64,000 nt of DNA from Squalus acanthias (GCA_030390025.1 CM059432.1:116252001-116316000); one strand, 5' to 3'; counted from the stretch's first letter, positions 24,067 through 38,043 are shown. Numbers and translations are program-made. The notes: a model not told the origin generated them from the letters alone.

Positions 24067-25899
24067 AACAAGTGCCCACAGAGAATCACTGTCATTAATA
24101 ATAACGTTCCATCAACAACCAATGCAATCAATTCCTTATCTAAAGGTCAACCTTAATAATTGGCCTTTGTGCGGCACCTTGTCAAAAGCTTCTAAAAATC
24201 TAAATGCACAATGCCTCCTACTTCCACCAACCTAGTAACATCCTCAAAAAATTCAACCAGGCTTTTTGAGAAGCCATATTCAGAGTCTCGAATAACCCCT
24301 TCTCTGTCAAGGTGTTCAACCAGTAAATTTGTCACGATCCCTTTTAGCCTCTTGCCTCAAACCAAAATCAAACTAATGGGCCTGCAATTTCCTGTTTCTG
24401 ATGTTGCTCTTTTTAAATATTGGCCTGCCTCCAGTCCATGGAAACAATCTCAGACCTTAGCGAGCTGTTAAATTGTAGCTGCCACTGCAGTGACCACCCT
24501 GGATGAACATCAGCAGGGCCAGCATGTGTAATTGGGGCTTGCAAAATTATTTTTTCTTTGTTTCTTTCTTTTGCTAAAAACTTTCCTTCCTTTTTGCTTT
24601 TTCTTTCTGCAAACAAATTTGAAGTGGAAGATTAAGAATTGCATTGTCATCTGATTTAACAGTTCACTTCAATCCAAAAACAACTCAGACAGGCAGCTCT
24701 AGGTCTGTAGAGCAGCGGCTTTCTGGCAAGTCTGTGAGTGCGGGAATTCTGCCAAGTATAATGCAAAATCCACAGAGCGCTCAAAGGCATGGCTGAAAGC
24801 CCACTACAAAATAAAGATCATACACATAACGTTGAATCAGAGTTCTTCGGTTATTCAGTTATTGTGCAAGAACACTGCCTACTGTGCCAAGATGCTGCAC
24901 TTTTACATTAACGATAGTGAGCAATTAATTACTGGATGATTCGAACTTTTGGGTTTTGTTTTGTAGCCTGGAATGATCAAAGGCAGTAAAGCCAGTAACA
25001 CCCTGCCTTGGAGTGATAAGTTGTCTTTCATGTCTGTATTTCCTGACATGGTGATGACGAGTTTCGTGTTGAGCGTTTTTCAATGGAAACAAAAAGCGGG
25101 CGGGTTGTAAAACGGGCTGCCGATTTGCAATCGCCCGTTTTGCACTGCCACGCAAGACCAATTTCAGCCCCACGTTCTTCCAATTGGAATTGCAAGGTGA
25201 CACCAACGAACAAAGAAACAGCATTCTCTAGTCTACAAAGGACTTAGCCATACCGTCTGGATTCAAATTCAAACAGCATTCATCTCCATGCTCCACAATG
25301 CTGGAGAAGATGTTGGTCAACCGATTTCACTCACTCTAGGATTCTGGATAAGAACGACCACTATTTTGATTTATGGACTGTGCTGTTTCTAGCAGAGGAG
25401 ATCAGCTTGGAATTAATCCCCACTGGACAACTAGGGCCCAAAACTCAGAAACTGAGGTAGTTCTGCCATAAGGGACTGGAATTTGAGGTGTGTGTCAGAT
25501 ACACCAGAGTTACTCCCATTCTAAAATACCCACTAACTTCCGGTAGAATTGGCTGCTGGCAGAAGATGTGCCCACCCTCAAAGTGGTGTCTGTACAAAAA
25601 TGACAGGAAAATGAGGGCAAAGCTGCTGTTCCAAAAATGTTGCCATTTACACCAGAATTGCACCTGACTTACTAAGCTTGTAGAAAAGAGAGTATGCTAC
25701 CAGCAGGACTAGTCAAACCAGGAAGTGGTTGAGTTCTGTGCTGTGACTGTCCATGACCTTTTTCATTAAAACATTAGCTTTGATTGAAGTGATTAGAAAA
25801 ACCTTTTATCTGCTGTGCAGCCAAAAATGATTCTACAAGCTGCCTTTTAGCAGTTAGAGGCAGGGAAATCTTTTGCGTACCACCCTACTGCTATGGAGA

Positions 25900-26160
25900 C
25901 CTTAACATGGGCTTCACTATGGGCATTCTCACATATGTCCTTATAATGGAGGAGGAGCAGGAGGAAGAGGAAATGACAGAGGCTCACAGGATAACGCTAC
26001 ACTAAAGGAGAAGACCACCAGCCAGGAGGTACCCTTCCACCGAAGTCGACAGCTCCCTTGATGTCTCAGAAGAAGTCTGGTTAAAGAGGCTATGGTTCAG
26101 TAAGAAGGCACAGAGGTATTTGCACGCCCCATTGCAAACTGACATCCTCTCAAACACAAA
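25900..26160 (+). pseudogene. Harbinger transposase N-terminal remnant
   Basis: Acidic run then RRPPARRYP...SLDVSEEVWLKRLWFSK..LQTDI, resembling the RRPY..L.LSEEQC.RRLRF.K pattern of vertebrate Harbinger transposases. Confidence 0.5.
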
Positions 26161-27136
26161 AAACAAAGAACACATTAACCAGAATCCTGGACTTCATTGC
26201 CTGTAATTTCCATGGGGATTCTTCCAATCTCCTGCCGTAACTTCAGCGGACGATCAGCAGAAACTCTGGAGAAGCAGAGTAAATTCCCTTTAGAGAATGC
26301 CTGGCTTTACTTAGTGCCTCTCTGCAGCAGTGCCAACAAGACCCAAACTCAACAATAAGGGATCATGCAGCTATAAATCCAGATCTCACTACTTCATAGC
26401 TCCACATGCTGGAGCTCCAATACATGGGCATTTTATTACAGATAAGAAGTAAAGATAGTGACTAAATGATCTGAATGATTCCGGAGTAGATACTGCACTC
26501 ATAATATTACTTTATACTTAGTTATGATTATCCTATACACACAGAGACTTTGACTCGTTACGTGGAGTCATGATAATTATACTGGACAGATTGGATACAG
26601 CACAAAAGAAGCAATAATTCATCTGCCACACTAATAGCGTTGTGCTCTTGTTTAATTGTCCTAGTACTTTCAATTAATCGTTGTCTTATGTGCAACTAAT
26701 TTCTTCCATACTGCATATTTTAAAAAGGGATTTTTTTTAACTAAAGGCCTGTGCATAAATCTGAATAATGTTATGAGAACAAAATCCAATATATTGCTCA
26801 TGAGATTACATTTTAAAAATGTAAAAGGCAAGCAGCCTGAGCAAATGTAATTAAATGGTGAAGGGTTCTGTAAAACTGTCAGTAATTGGAAGCAGTGCTT
26901 GAATTACTGGTCTCATTTATTTTAATATCAATATGGGTAAAGGTTTTAGCATGACTTGTCTGGAACAGAATTACACTTACTCCATTAACACTTTAGACAA
27001 GGGTACTAAATGTACTCAGCACATGTTCAAACACAATCCAACTGTGTTACAAGAATTCATTACACCGTGCAAATGTATTGTGCGGAACTGCTGTAAACAA
27101 ATTGTTTGATGAATTCATGAAATGTTTGGAGAGTGT

Positions 27137-27249
27137 GGGGTATAAATTCGCTTTGACTTCATGCAAAAGAAAATCGGGCCGAATGCAAAACAGGCTGTCG
27201 ATTTGCTATCGCCTATTTTGTGCTACCGCCCAGGATAAGTTTATGCCCC
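27137..27249. mobile_element. Tiny MITE; relatives at about 25075-25170 and 60089-60204
   Basis: TIR ggggtataaatt / aagtttatgcccc; shared core aaaacgggc.gcc.gatttgc.atcgccc.tttt. Confidence 0.55.
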
Positions 27250-27259
27250 TGTGCCCCAA

Positions 27260-27528
27260 GGGTCCCGATTTTAACTCCAGGTGGATTCCACGCTCAAGCC
27301 TGAGTTAAAATTACAGTCGGGTCTCAATGATGTCACCGGGCCGCAACATGCCTGTGTAAAGAAGAACCCTATTGGCTCCGGCTGCATGTCCTCGCTGCCT
27401 GCTCAGGAGAGCGGGTTAAAATTGCAGATGTTGCAATCATGGCGGCTTTCGGAAAGGTAAGAGCCAGGGCGATTTTAACTGCCCACCCGCCAGGTTTCTG
27501 CTGAGTGAGTAGGGTTAAAATCGCCCCC
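27260..27528. mobile_element. Harbinger-type MITE
   Basis: TIR gggtcccgattttaac / gttaaaatcgccccc, followed by TAA. Confidence 0.65.
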
Positions 27529-30500
27529 TAAATGACAGCTCAGTTTCACAGTCCATTGGTGTACCAGTGCAGAAACAGGGTGCAATTTGGCACCCACAGT
27601 TTACCATGCACTGAGCTCCCCACCTGAGGTCCACTGGTAGCAGAAGAAAACCATGCAAAACTGAGCTACTTCTCCATCAGGAGGAAAGGATGATACGGGG
27701 GCAAGTCATGTAAATGGCTGCTATAGGGCAATTGTCAAGTATCATAGATGGTGCAAGATACATGACGGCTGATATAGAGCTAATTGCAACAGTTGACTAC
27801 AATGGAATAGCCAACTAGCCACACAACGGGATGTGCATTCAAGAACATTACAGTATAATGCTGTATGTAATACACCACAGTTACAGAAGATTTCCAGAGG
27901 TCCAAACAGGTTATCTTCCAAACCTTTTGGTCATAAATTGTGCAGCTTTGAAGTTCCACAGGGGTTCTACAGTCTCACATAGTAACTCTAGTGGGAGACC
28001 CCCCTCCCCTTCCCTCCCAAAAGGGAAATGGCACAATTAGCTGTTTTCACCATTTATGCTGTTTCCCTGGGGGTTCCATTTGCTTCCCGCTGGAGTTACG
28101 GCAGGAGATTGGGAGAACGCCAATGGGAATTTCAAGGCCTGCATGTATGACAGGAATCCCAGAACTTCTACCATGACATTGGCGCCCTCTTGTTAAAAAG
28201 ATTAGATGGAGCCAACACAATTGGATAAAACAAAAGCAGTTTTTGAAGCACAGAAAAGCATGTTATCAAATCAGTACAACAGGCCATATACTATCCTGCA
28301 GTCAAACTCGATAATGCACATCAGGCTCCACTCTGTCCACAGTTAAGTAAAGGTGCTTGGCTTTTTTAAAAATTTGTTCATGGGATGTGGGCATTGCTGG
28401 CAAGGCCAGCATTTATTGCCCATCCCTAGTTACCCTTGAGAAGGTGGTGGTGAGCCGCCTTCTTGAACCGCTGCAGTCCTTGTGGTGAAGGTACTCCCAC
28501 AGTGCTGTTAGGATTTTGACCCAGTGACAATGAAGGAACAGCGATATACTTCCAAGTCAGGATGGTGTGTGACTTGGAGGGGAACTTTGGAGGTGGTGGT
28601 GTTCCCATGCGCCTGCTGCCCTTGTCCTTCTAGGTGGTAGAGATCGCGGGTTTGGGAGGTGCTGCCGAAGAAGCCTTGGCAAGTTGCTGCAGTGCATCTT
28701 GTAGATGGTACACACTGCAGCCACGGTATGCCGGTGGTGGAGGGAGTGAATGTTTAAGGTGGTGGATGGGGTGCCAATCAAGTGGGCTGCTTTGTCTTGG
28801 ATGGTGTCGAGCTTCTTGAGTGTTGTTGGAGCTGCTCCACACTCCTGACTTGTGCCTTGTAGATGGTGGAAAGGCTTTGGGGAGTCAGGAGGTGAGACAC
28901 TCGCTGCAGAATACCCAGCCTCTGACCTGCTCTTGTTGCTACAGTATTTATGAATCATAGAATCATAGAATCATAGAAAGTTACAGCACGGAAGGAGGCC
29001 ATTTTGGCCCATCGTGTCCGCGCCAGCCAACAAAGAGCTATCCAGCCTAATCCCACTTCCCAGCTCTTGGTCCGTAGCCCTGCAGGTTACAGCATCCCAA
29101 GTGCACATCCAAGTACTTTTTAAATGTGGTTAGGGTTTCTGCCTCTACCACCCTTTCAGGCAGTGAGTTCCAGACCCCCACAACCCTCTGGGTGAAGAAA
29201 TTTCCCCTCATATCCCCTCTAAACCTTCCACCAATTACTTTGAATCTGTGCCCCCTGGTTTTTGACCCCTCTGCTAAGGGAAATAGGTCCTTTCTATCCA
29301 CTTTATCTAGGCCCCTCATAATTTTATACACCTCAATAAGGTCTCCCCTCAGCCTCCTCTGTTCCAAGGAAAACAAACCCAGCCTATCCAGTCTTTCCTC
29401 ATAGCTAAGATTCTCTACTCCCGGCAACATCCTTGTAAATTTCCTCTGTACCCTCTCTAGTGCAATCACATCTTTCCTGTAATGTGGTGACCAGAACTGC
29501 ACGCAGTACTCTAGCTGAGGCCTAACTAGTGTTTTATACAGTTAAAGTATAACCCCCCTGCTTTTGTATTCCATGCCACGGCTAATAAAGGCAAGCATTC
29601 CGTATGCCTTCTTAACCACCTTATCTACCTGGCCTGCTACCTTCAGGGATCTGTGGACATGCACTCCAAGGTCCCTTTGTTCCTCTACACTACTCAGTGT
29701 CCTACCATTTAACGTGTATTCCCTTTCCTTGTTAGCCCTCCACAAATGCATTACCTCACACTTCTCTGGATTGAATTCCATTTGCCACTGTTCTGCCCAC
29801 CTGACCAATGTATTGATATCTTCCTGCAGTCCAGAGCTTCCTTCTTCAGTATCAACCACACAGCCGATTTTAGTATCATCTGCAAACTTCTTAATCATAC
29901 CCCCTATATTCAAGTCTAGATCATTGATATATACCACAAAAAGCAAGGGACCTAGTACTGAGCCCTGCGGAACCCCACTGGAAACAGCCTTCCAGTCACA
30001 AAAACACCCATCAACCATTACCCTCTGCTTCCTGTCTCCGAGCCAGTTTTGAATCCAACTTGACATTTTGCCCTGGATCCCATGGGCTTTTAACTTCGTG
30101 ATCAGTCTGCCATGTGGAACCTTATCAAAAGCCTTGCTAAAGTCCATATACACTACATCAAACACACTACCCTCATCTACCCTCCTTGTTACCTCCTCAA
30201 AAAATTGAATCAAGTTTGTCAGACACGACCTTCCCTTAACAAATCCATGCTGACTATCGTTGATTAATCCGTGTCTTACTCAATGAAGATTTATCTGGTC
30301 CTTCAGAATTCTTTCCAATAATTTTCCCACCACCGAGGTTAGGCTGACTGGCCTGTAATTACTTGGTCTATCCTTTTCTCCCTTTTTAAACAAGGGTACC
30401 ACATTAGCAGTCCTCCAGTACCACGCCTGAAACCAGAGAGGATTGGAAAATGATGGTCAGAGCCTCTGCTATTTCCTCTTTTGCTTCGCTTAATAGCCTG

Positions 30501-30620
30501 GGATACATTTCATCCAGGCCTGGGGATTTATCCAGTTTTAAAGCTGCTAAACCCTTTAATACTTACTCTCTCACTATGTTTATTTCATCTAATATTTCAC
30601 ACTCCTCCTCCCTGATAGCA

Positions 30621-33600
30621 ATAGAAACATAGAAGATAGGAGCAGGAGTAGGCCATTCGGCCCCTCGAGCCTGCTCCGCCATTCGATGAGATCATGGCTG
30701 ATCATCCAAACTCAGTACCTTGTACCTGCCTTCTCCCAATATCTCTTGATACCTTTAGCTTTATGTAATATATCTAACTCATTCTTGAATATATTTAATG
30801 ACTTGGCCTCAACTAACTTCTGTGGTAGAGAATTCCACAGGTTCACCACTCTCTGGGTGAAGAAATTCTTCCTCATTTCGGTCCTAAATGGCTTATCCCT
30901 TATCCTTAGATTATGACCCCTGGTTCTGGACTCTCCGACCATCGGGAACATTCTTCCTGCATCTAGTTTGTCCAGACCTGTCAGAATTTTATATGTTTCG
31001 ATGAGATCCCCTCTCATTCTTCTATACTCCAGCGAGTATAAGCCCAATCGACCCAATCTCTCCTCATATGTCATTCCTGCCATCCCAGGTATCAGCCTTG
31101 TGAATCTTCGCTGAACTCCTTCCATGGCAAGAACATCCTTCCTCAGATAAGGTGACCAAAACTGCACACAGTACTCAAGGTGTGGTCTCACCAAGGCCCT
31201 GTACAACTGCAGCAGGACATCCCTGTTCCTATACTTAAACCCTTTCGCTATGAAGGCCAACATACCATTTGCCTTCTTAAATGCCTGCTGCACCTGCATG
31301 CTTACCTTCAGCGATTGGTGCACAAGGACACCCAGGTCTCGTTGCACTTCCCCTTCTCCCAATCTATTGCCATTCAGATAATAGTCTGCCTTTCTGTTTT
31401 TGACACCAAAGTGGATACCCTCGCATTTGTCCACATTATATTGCATCTGCCACGCTTCTGCCCACTCACCCAACCTGTCCAAATCATCCTGGAGTTTCTC
31501 GGTATCCTCCTCGCAGCACACACGCCCACCCAGCTTTGTGTCATCTGCAAACTTGGAGATATTACATTTAGTTCCCTTATCTAGATCATTAATGTATATT
31601 GTGAATAGCTGGGGTCCAAGGACCGATCCCTGCGGTACCCCACTAGTCACTGCCTGCCACTCGGAAAAAGACCCATTAATTCCTACTCTCTGCTTTCTGT
31701 CCACCAACCAGTTCTCTATCCAAGTCAATACCTTGCCCCCAATCCCATGTGCCTTAACTTTACACGCTAATCTCTTATGCGGGACCTTATCGAAAGCCTT
31801 TTGAAAGTCCAAATACACCACATCTACTGGTTCTCCCTTATCTATTTTACCAGTTACATCCTCAAAAAATTCCAGTAGATTAGTCAAGCACGATTTACCT
31901 TTTGTAAATCCATGTTGACTTTGTCCGATCCTGTCACTGTTTTTCAAGTTCTCAGCTATTACATCCTTTATAATGGACTCTAGCATTTTCCCCACTACCG
32001 ATGTCAGGCTTACCGGTCTGTAATTCCCCGCTTTCTCTCTACCACCCTTTTTGAATAGTGGGGTAACATTAGCTACCCTCCAATCCATGGGTACAGTTCC
32101 AGATTCCATCGAATGTTGGAAGATGATCAGCAATGCATCTACTATTTCTAGGGCCACTTCCTTAAGTACCCTAGGATGTAGATTATCAGGCCCTGGGGAT
32201 TTATCGGCCTTCAATCCAGTCAATTTCCCTAACACCATTTCCCTGCAAATACTGATTTCTTTCAGTTCCTCCCTTTCATCAGACCCTATGTTCTCCAACA
32301 TCTCTGGGAGGTTATTTGTGTCCTCCTTTGTGAAGACAGAACCAAAATATGCATTTAATTGGTCTGCCATTTCTTTGTTCCCCATTATAACTTCCCCCGC
32401 TTCTGACTGCAAGGGACCTACACTTGATTTCACTAATCTTTTTCTCTTCACATATATATAAAAGCTCTTACAGTCAGTTTTTATGTTCCCTGCAAGCTTA
32501 CTTTCATATTCTATTTTCCCCTTCTTAATTAATCCCTTTGTCCTCCTTTGTTGAATCCTAAACTGCTCCCAATCCTCAGGGTTACCGCTTTTTCTGGCCA
32601 ATTTATATGCGCTCTCCTTGGATCTTATGCTATCCCTAATTTCCCTTGTTTGCCACGGTTGAGTCACCCTTTTTGTTTTATTCTTATGCCACACTGAGAT
32701 GAACAAATTCTGTAGTTCATCCATGCAGTCTTTGAATGTTTGCCATTGCCTATCCACCGTCAACCCTTTGAGTGACATTCCCCAATCAATCCTACCCAAC
32801 TCGCACCTCATACCATCGTAGTTTCCTTTATTTAAATTCAGGACCCTAGTCTCTGAGTCAACTACTTCACTCTCCATCCTAATGAAGAATTCAATCATAT
32901 TATGATCACTCTGACCCAAGGGGCCTCATACAACAAGATTGCTAATTAATCCTTTCTCGTTACATAATACCCAGTCTAAGATGGCCTGATCTCTGGTTGG
33001 TTCCTCGACATATTGTTCCAGAAAACCATCCCGTAAACATTCTAGGAATTCCTCCTCCACAGTATTTTTACTAATTTGGTTAGCCCAATCTATATGTAAA
33101 TTAAAGTCACCCATGATGACTGCTGTGCCCTTACTGCATGCTTCTCTAATTTCCCTTTTAATGCCATCCCCAACCTCCGTATTACTGTTTGGAGGTCTAT
33201 ATACCACTCCCACTAATGTTTTCTGCCCCTTGTTATTTCTCAGTTCTACCCATACAGATTCCGCATCATCAGAGCTAATATCCTTCCTTTCAATAGTGTT
33301 AACCCCCTCTTTAACCAGCAATGCTACCCCACCTCCCTTTCTTTTTTGCCTATCTTTCCTAAATATTGAATACCCCTGGATGTTGAGTTCCCAGCCTTGG
33401 CCACCCTGGAGCCATGTTTCTGTAATCCCAATCAAATCGTATTCATTTACCGCTATTTGCACAGCTAATTCGTCCACCTTGTTCCGAATGCTCCTTGCAT
33501 TAAGACACAAAGCCTTCAGGCTTGTGTTTTTAACACTCTCAGACCTATATGAATTATTATTTACTGTGACCATGTTTGATTCAAACCGTTGAGTTCTTTG

Positions 33601-33930
33601 CCTTCTACTTTTGTTTTTCTCCTTCCTGTCTTTTGCTTTTATCCTTGTTTCCCTTTCCTCAGTCTCACTGCTCAGGTTCCCAACCCCCTGCCACTTTCGT
33701 TTAAACCCTCCCCAACAGCACTAGCAAACACTCCCCCTAGGACATCGGTCCCGGCCCTGCCCAGGTGCAGACCGTCCCGTTTGTACTGGTCCCACCTCCC
33801 CAGAACCGGTTCCAATGTCCAAGGAATTTGAATCCCTCTCCCTTGCACCATTCCTCTAGCCACGTATTCATTTGAAATATCCTCCTATTTCTACTCTGAC
33901 TAGCACGTGGCATTGGTAGCAATCCTGAGA
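30621..33930 (-). mobile_element. Near-complete CR1: ORF1 C-terminus plus the whole of ORF2
   Basis: ORF1 esterase end (YKRDGLHL), APE domain (LNARSI, ITETW, VYRPP, GDFN, SDH), RT, and catagaa tail. Confidence 0.96.
30712..33573 (-). pseudogene. CR1 ORF2 (APE endonuclease + RT) with a single in-frame TGA
   Basis: ORFs 32926-33573 and 30712-32919 are in the same frame and separated only by TGA at 32926-32928; the homologous codon near 1855 is CGA. Confidence 0.92.
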
Positions 33931-36829
33931 ACAGATGCAAAGTATTCATTAAGAACCCTACCGACGTCTCCTGCCTCCACACACAGATTACCCTCATGAT
34001 CTCTAATAGGCCCTACCCTTTATTTAGTTATCCTCTTACTCTTAATATATTTATAAAACATCTATGGGTTTTCCTTGATTTTACTTGCCAAGAATTTTTA
34101 ATGCTCTCTCTTTGCTTTCTTAATATCCTTTTTAATTGCACACCTGCACTTTCTGTACTCCTCTAAAGATTCTGGAGTATTTAGCCCTCAGTATCTGTCA
34201 TACGCCTCCCTTTTTTTCTTTATCCTATCCTGTATGTCCATGGACATCCAGGGGGCTCTAGATTTCTTAGTCCCACCTTTTTTCTTTAAGGGCACATATT
34301 TGGTCTGAACCCTCTGGATCTCCTCCTTGAACGCCTCCCACTGCTCCGACACTGATCTACCTTCAAGTAGCTGTTTCCAATCCACTATGGCTAAATCCCC
34401 TCTGAGCTTAGCAAAATTTGCTTTTCCCCAATATAGAATTTTTATTCCTGGTCTATCCTTGTCCTTTTCCATAACTACCTTAAATCTAACTGAATTATGG
34501 TCACTAGCACCAAAATGCTCCCCCACTGATACGCCTTCTACCTGCCCAGCTTTATTCCCTAAAACTAAGTCCAGAACCGCCCCCTCCCTTGTTGGGCTTG
34601 CTACATACTGGCTAAAAAAGTTCTCCTGGATGCATTTTAGGAATTCTGCACCCTCTATACCCTTCACACTAATTTTATCCCACTAATTATGTGGTTGGTC
34701 CACTTAAGTTTCTGGTCAATGGTGACCCCCAGGATATTGATGGTGGGGGATTCAATGATGGTAATGCCGTTGAATGTCAAGTGGCAGTTGCTGGATGCTC
34801 GCTTGTTAGAGATAGTCATTGCCTGGCACTTGTGTGGCGTGAATGTTACCTGCCACTTATCAGCCCAAGCCTGAATGTCGTCCAGGTCTTGCTGCATGCG
34901 GGCATGGACTGCTTCATTATCTGAGGAGTTGCGAATGGCATTGAACACTGTGCAATCATCAGCGAACATCCCCATTTCTGACCTTATGATGTAATGGAAA
35001 TGTAATGGGCCTATGGCCCGGTCCATCACGGGACCTAAAATCACCTAGAAAACTACAGGTCTACAGCATAGGTGAACACTAGACTGATATGATGAATGTC
35101 ACCTCTCTGCTGAATGTAAGGATCCAAAATGAGGTAAATTTCAGACCTTTTCTTAGGCCACAGCACATCACAGCTGGTTTTCAAAATGGAAAACAAATAG
35201 ATTTGTTCAGCAGAAGGTGCTCTTGTAAGACTGTAAGATTGGGGTTCAGGCACAACGGGGTAAAACCTCTGCTACTTTATTCCCACCAGTCCACGATTTT
35301 CCATTCTTTAATTTTAAAGGATAGAAAATCACAGACTGGAAGTGCATGCAATTTTAGTGATATGCACTCCCATCTGCAGCAGGAGTGCAAAAGTAGAACC
35401 TGCACCTTTCTGTTGGAGCAGAGCGGAGAGAGCTTTGTGCTGTATGACACCTGGCTCAAGATTGCTTCCTTACCCCTGGCACAGGGTTTCCATTCATTCA
35501 TTTTAATGAATGGAGTGTTGTGGGGGCTGTCAATTCGGCACGTGCCTGAATTCCCGATATGCAGTCCTGGTGCGCAAAGCGCTGCGTTGGGCATGAGTTA
35601 AGGGGTAAATTATGGGCAGAACAAGATGGAGTTTAACGGTATATATCAGAGTACTGGTTATTTCTCAGGCTTCCATGATAAAAATTACACAGTTGTGTAG
35701 CAATTTGGTAGAATGTGGTTTATGTAAAATTTGTCCAGTCAGCTGGAAGAGCAGCTGAATGGACTGCGATAGTCCTAAAGCAGTCCAAAACCTTAAACCC
35801 ATAAAAAGCTGAAATAATCAAGGACAAAAACATTTCCAATCATATAATTATAGTGCTGTTTAATGTTATTTAATTCTGTAAATCACTGTTTTAAGCTGCT
35901 GTGCCTCATGCCAGTTCCTCCCCATCTATGGCTCACTGGAAAACTATAACCAAACATGACACCCTCTTACTATTGACTGAACCAAAATTTGGTAGAATGG
36001 TCAAATGTTATTCAAGAAAAATGTACCTAAAGCTCTCAAGAAATACCGTGTAAAAATAGGAGACCATTGTGACTCTGGGTGAAGTGTATTTATGCTCTTT
36101 GGAGAACCTGCCTGTGGTTATGTAATATGTCTACCTGTTAAACAGCGCTGTGGGCAATCTTTAAAGATAATCGTTCTTGCTGCAGTTGGAAATATATTAA
36201 TAAGTGTTACGGTAAAACTTTATTTCCTCATTTGTATAATAGTCTAAATAGTGATTCCCAAATAAGGGCTTCCTGAAACCATTCCTTTGCGTAATGCTCA
36301 TTTGGTTCCATATCGGAAATGCCTTAGAAAATAAACTGAGGAGATGAAATTACCCCTGTTGATAATTCTTACTGATAATTTTAACGCAAGTCAGAATTCG
36401 TACACAGCAGAAAATCCCATTTTATACTCAAACCGATTGTTTCCCTACATTTATCGGCGGGAGAAATGAGACCACATATGTGAGCTTTAGTGCTGTTAGC
36501 CAGGTATGTATGTAAATTAAGAGAAAAGCAGAAAGTCTTGATGTCTTGTGGCTGAAATTACTACAGCCCTGATTTTAACTGAACCCACCCGATGGGATTG
36601 GGGCGGGTTCAGGTTGGACGCCCATTTTACACCCCACCCAATTTTACTTAAATGGGGTGTATAAACGGGGCGTCCAGCCTGACTCTAGGTTGAAGTCGGA
36701 GCTAGTGTCTTTAATACACCATTGTTAGTTCAGATCCATGAACCCCACTTTTAAGCCGAACTGCCCTTTGGGAATGGAGCTGGTTTGGACACCCGTTTTA
36801 CACCCCGCCTGATTTTATTCTATATTTTA

Positions 36830-38043
36830 AAAAAGTCATTCTGGGGATATGGGCATCGCTAGCAATGCCAACATTTAATGCCCATCCCTAGTTGCCCTTG
36901 AGAAGGTTGTGTTGAGCCACCTTCTTGAACCGCTGCAGTTCGTTTGGTTAAGGTACTCCCACAGTGCTGTTAAGTAGGGAGTTCCAAGAATTTGACCCAG
37001 CAACCATGAAGTAATAGCGATATATATCTAAGTCCAAGTCGGCATGGTGTGTGACTTGGAGGGGAACTTGGAGGTGATGGCAGTCCCTGTTGCCATTGTC
37101 CTTCTAGGTGGTAGTGGTCGCGGGTATGGGAGGTGCTGTCGAAGAAGCCTTGGTAAGTTGCTGCAGTGTATCCTGTAGATAGTACACATTGCAGCCACGG
37201 TGCACTGGTGGTGGAACGAATGGATGTTTAAGCTGGTGGATGGGCTGTCGATCAAGCAGATTGCTTGTCCTGGATGGTGCCGAGCTTCTTGAGTGTTGTT
37301 GCAGTTGCTCACAGGCAAGTGGAGAGTATTCCATCACACTCCTGACTTGTGCCTTGTAGATGGTGGAGAGGATTTGGGGAGTCAGGAGGTGAGACACTTG
37401 CCACAGAATACCCAGCCTCTGACCTGCTCGAGTATGACATTTATATGGCTGGTCATAGAAACATAGAATCTAGGAGCAGGAGTAGGCCATTCGGCCCGTC
37501 GAGCCTGCTCCGCCATTCAATACGATCATGGCTGATCATCCAAATCCAGTACCCTGTCCCTGCTTTAATCCCCACAGTACACATATCCCACCCTACCCCC
37601 GTAACCCCACGTATTTAATTCCCCCTAACATATCCCATCCTATCCCCATAACCCCACATATTTAATCCCCCCTAACACTAAGGGTCAATTTACCATAGCC
37701 AAATCAACCTAACCCACACATTTTTGGACTGTGGGAGGAAACCGGAGCACCCGGAGGAAACCCACGCAGACACGGGGAGAATGTGCAAACTCCACACAGA
37801 CAGTCACCCGAGGTCAGATTCGAACCCGGGTCTCTGGCGCTGTGAGGCACCAGTGCTAACCACTATGCCACCGTGTTGCCCCAGTTGAGTTTCTAGTTGA
37901 TGGTGGTGGATTCAGAGATGGTAATGCCATTGAATGTCAAGGGGAAGCTGGTTAGACTCTCTCTTGTTGGAGATGGTCATTGCCTGGCACTTGTGCAGCG
38001 TGAATGTTACTTGCCACTTATCAGCCCAAGCCTGGATGTTGTT
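36830..38043 (-). mobile_element. Family-B LINE fragment interrupted by a V-SINE
   Basis: SHLLTPQILSTIYKAQVRSVMEYSPLA; colinear with the 28365-34990 pieces. Confidence 0.85.
37454..37881 (-). mobile_element. tRNA-derived V-SINE (HE1-like) with CR1 3' tail
   Basis: Box A ggtggcatagtgg, box B ggttcgaatct, V-domain gtgtggagtttgcacattctccccgtgtctgcgtgggtttcctccggg; the last ~110 nt match the CR1 3' end at 16610-16720. Confidence 0.88.

Larger units (their letters stand above)
28953..34686 (-). mobile_element. CR1 split (28953-30620 and 33931-34686) by a younger CR1
   Basis: (aatcatag)n tail; RT ORFs at 29047-30213; endonuclease C-terminus PTREGAVLDLVL..SDHN at 34188-34667. Confidence 0.9.
28365..34990 (-). 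mobile_element. Family-B CR1-group LINE split (28365-28952 and 34687-34990) by nested CR1s
   Basis: MFADDC..WADKWQVTF..ILGVTID, then LKKLDTIQDKAA..LHHR; ttatg duplicated at both junctions. Confidence 0.85.

Noticed and set aside
35089..35601. 170-aa plus ORF
   Set aside because: No domain motif; its end overlaps a MITE-like palindromic remnant.
36344..36510. Short ORF MKLPLLIILT... ending at a cag|gtatgt donor
   Set aside because: Hydrophobic stretch too short for a convincing signal peptide; no recognisable homology or downstream exon.
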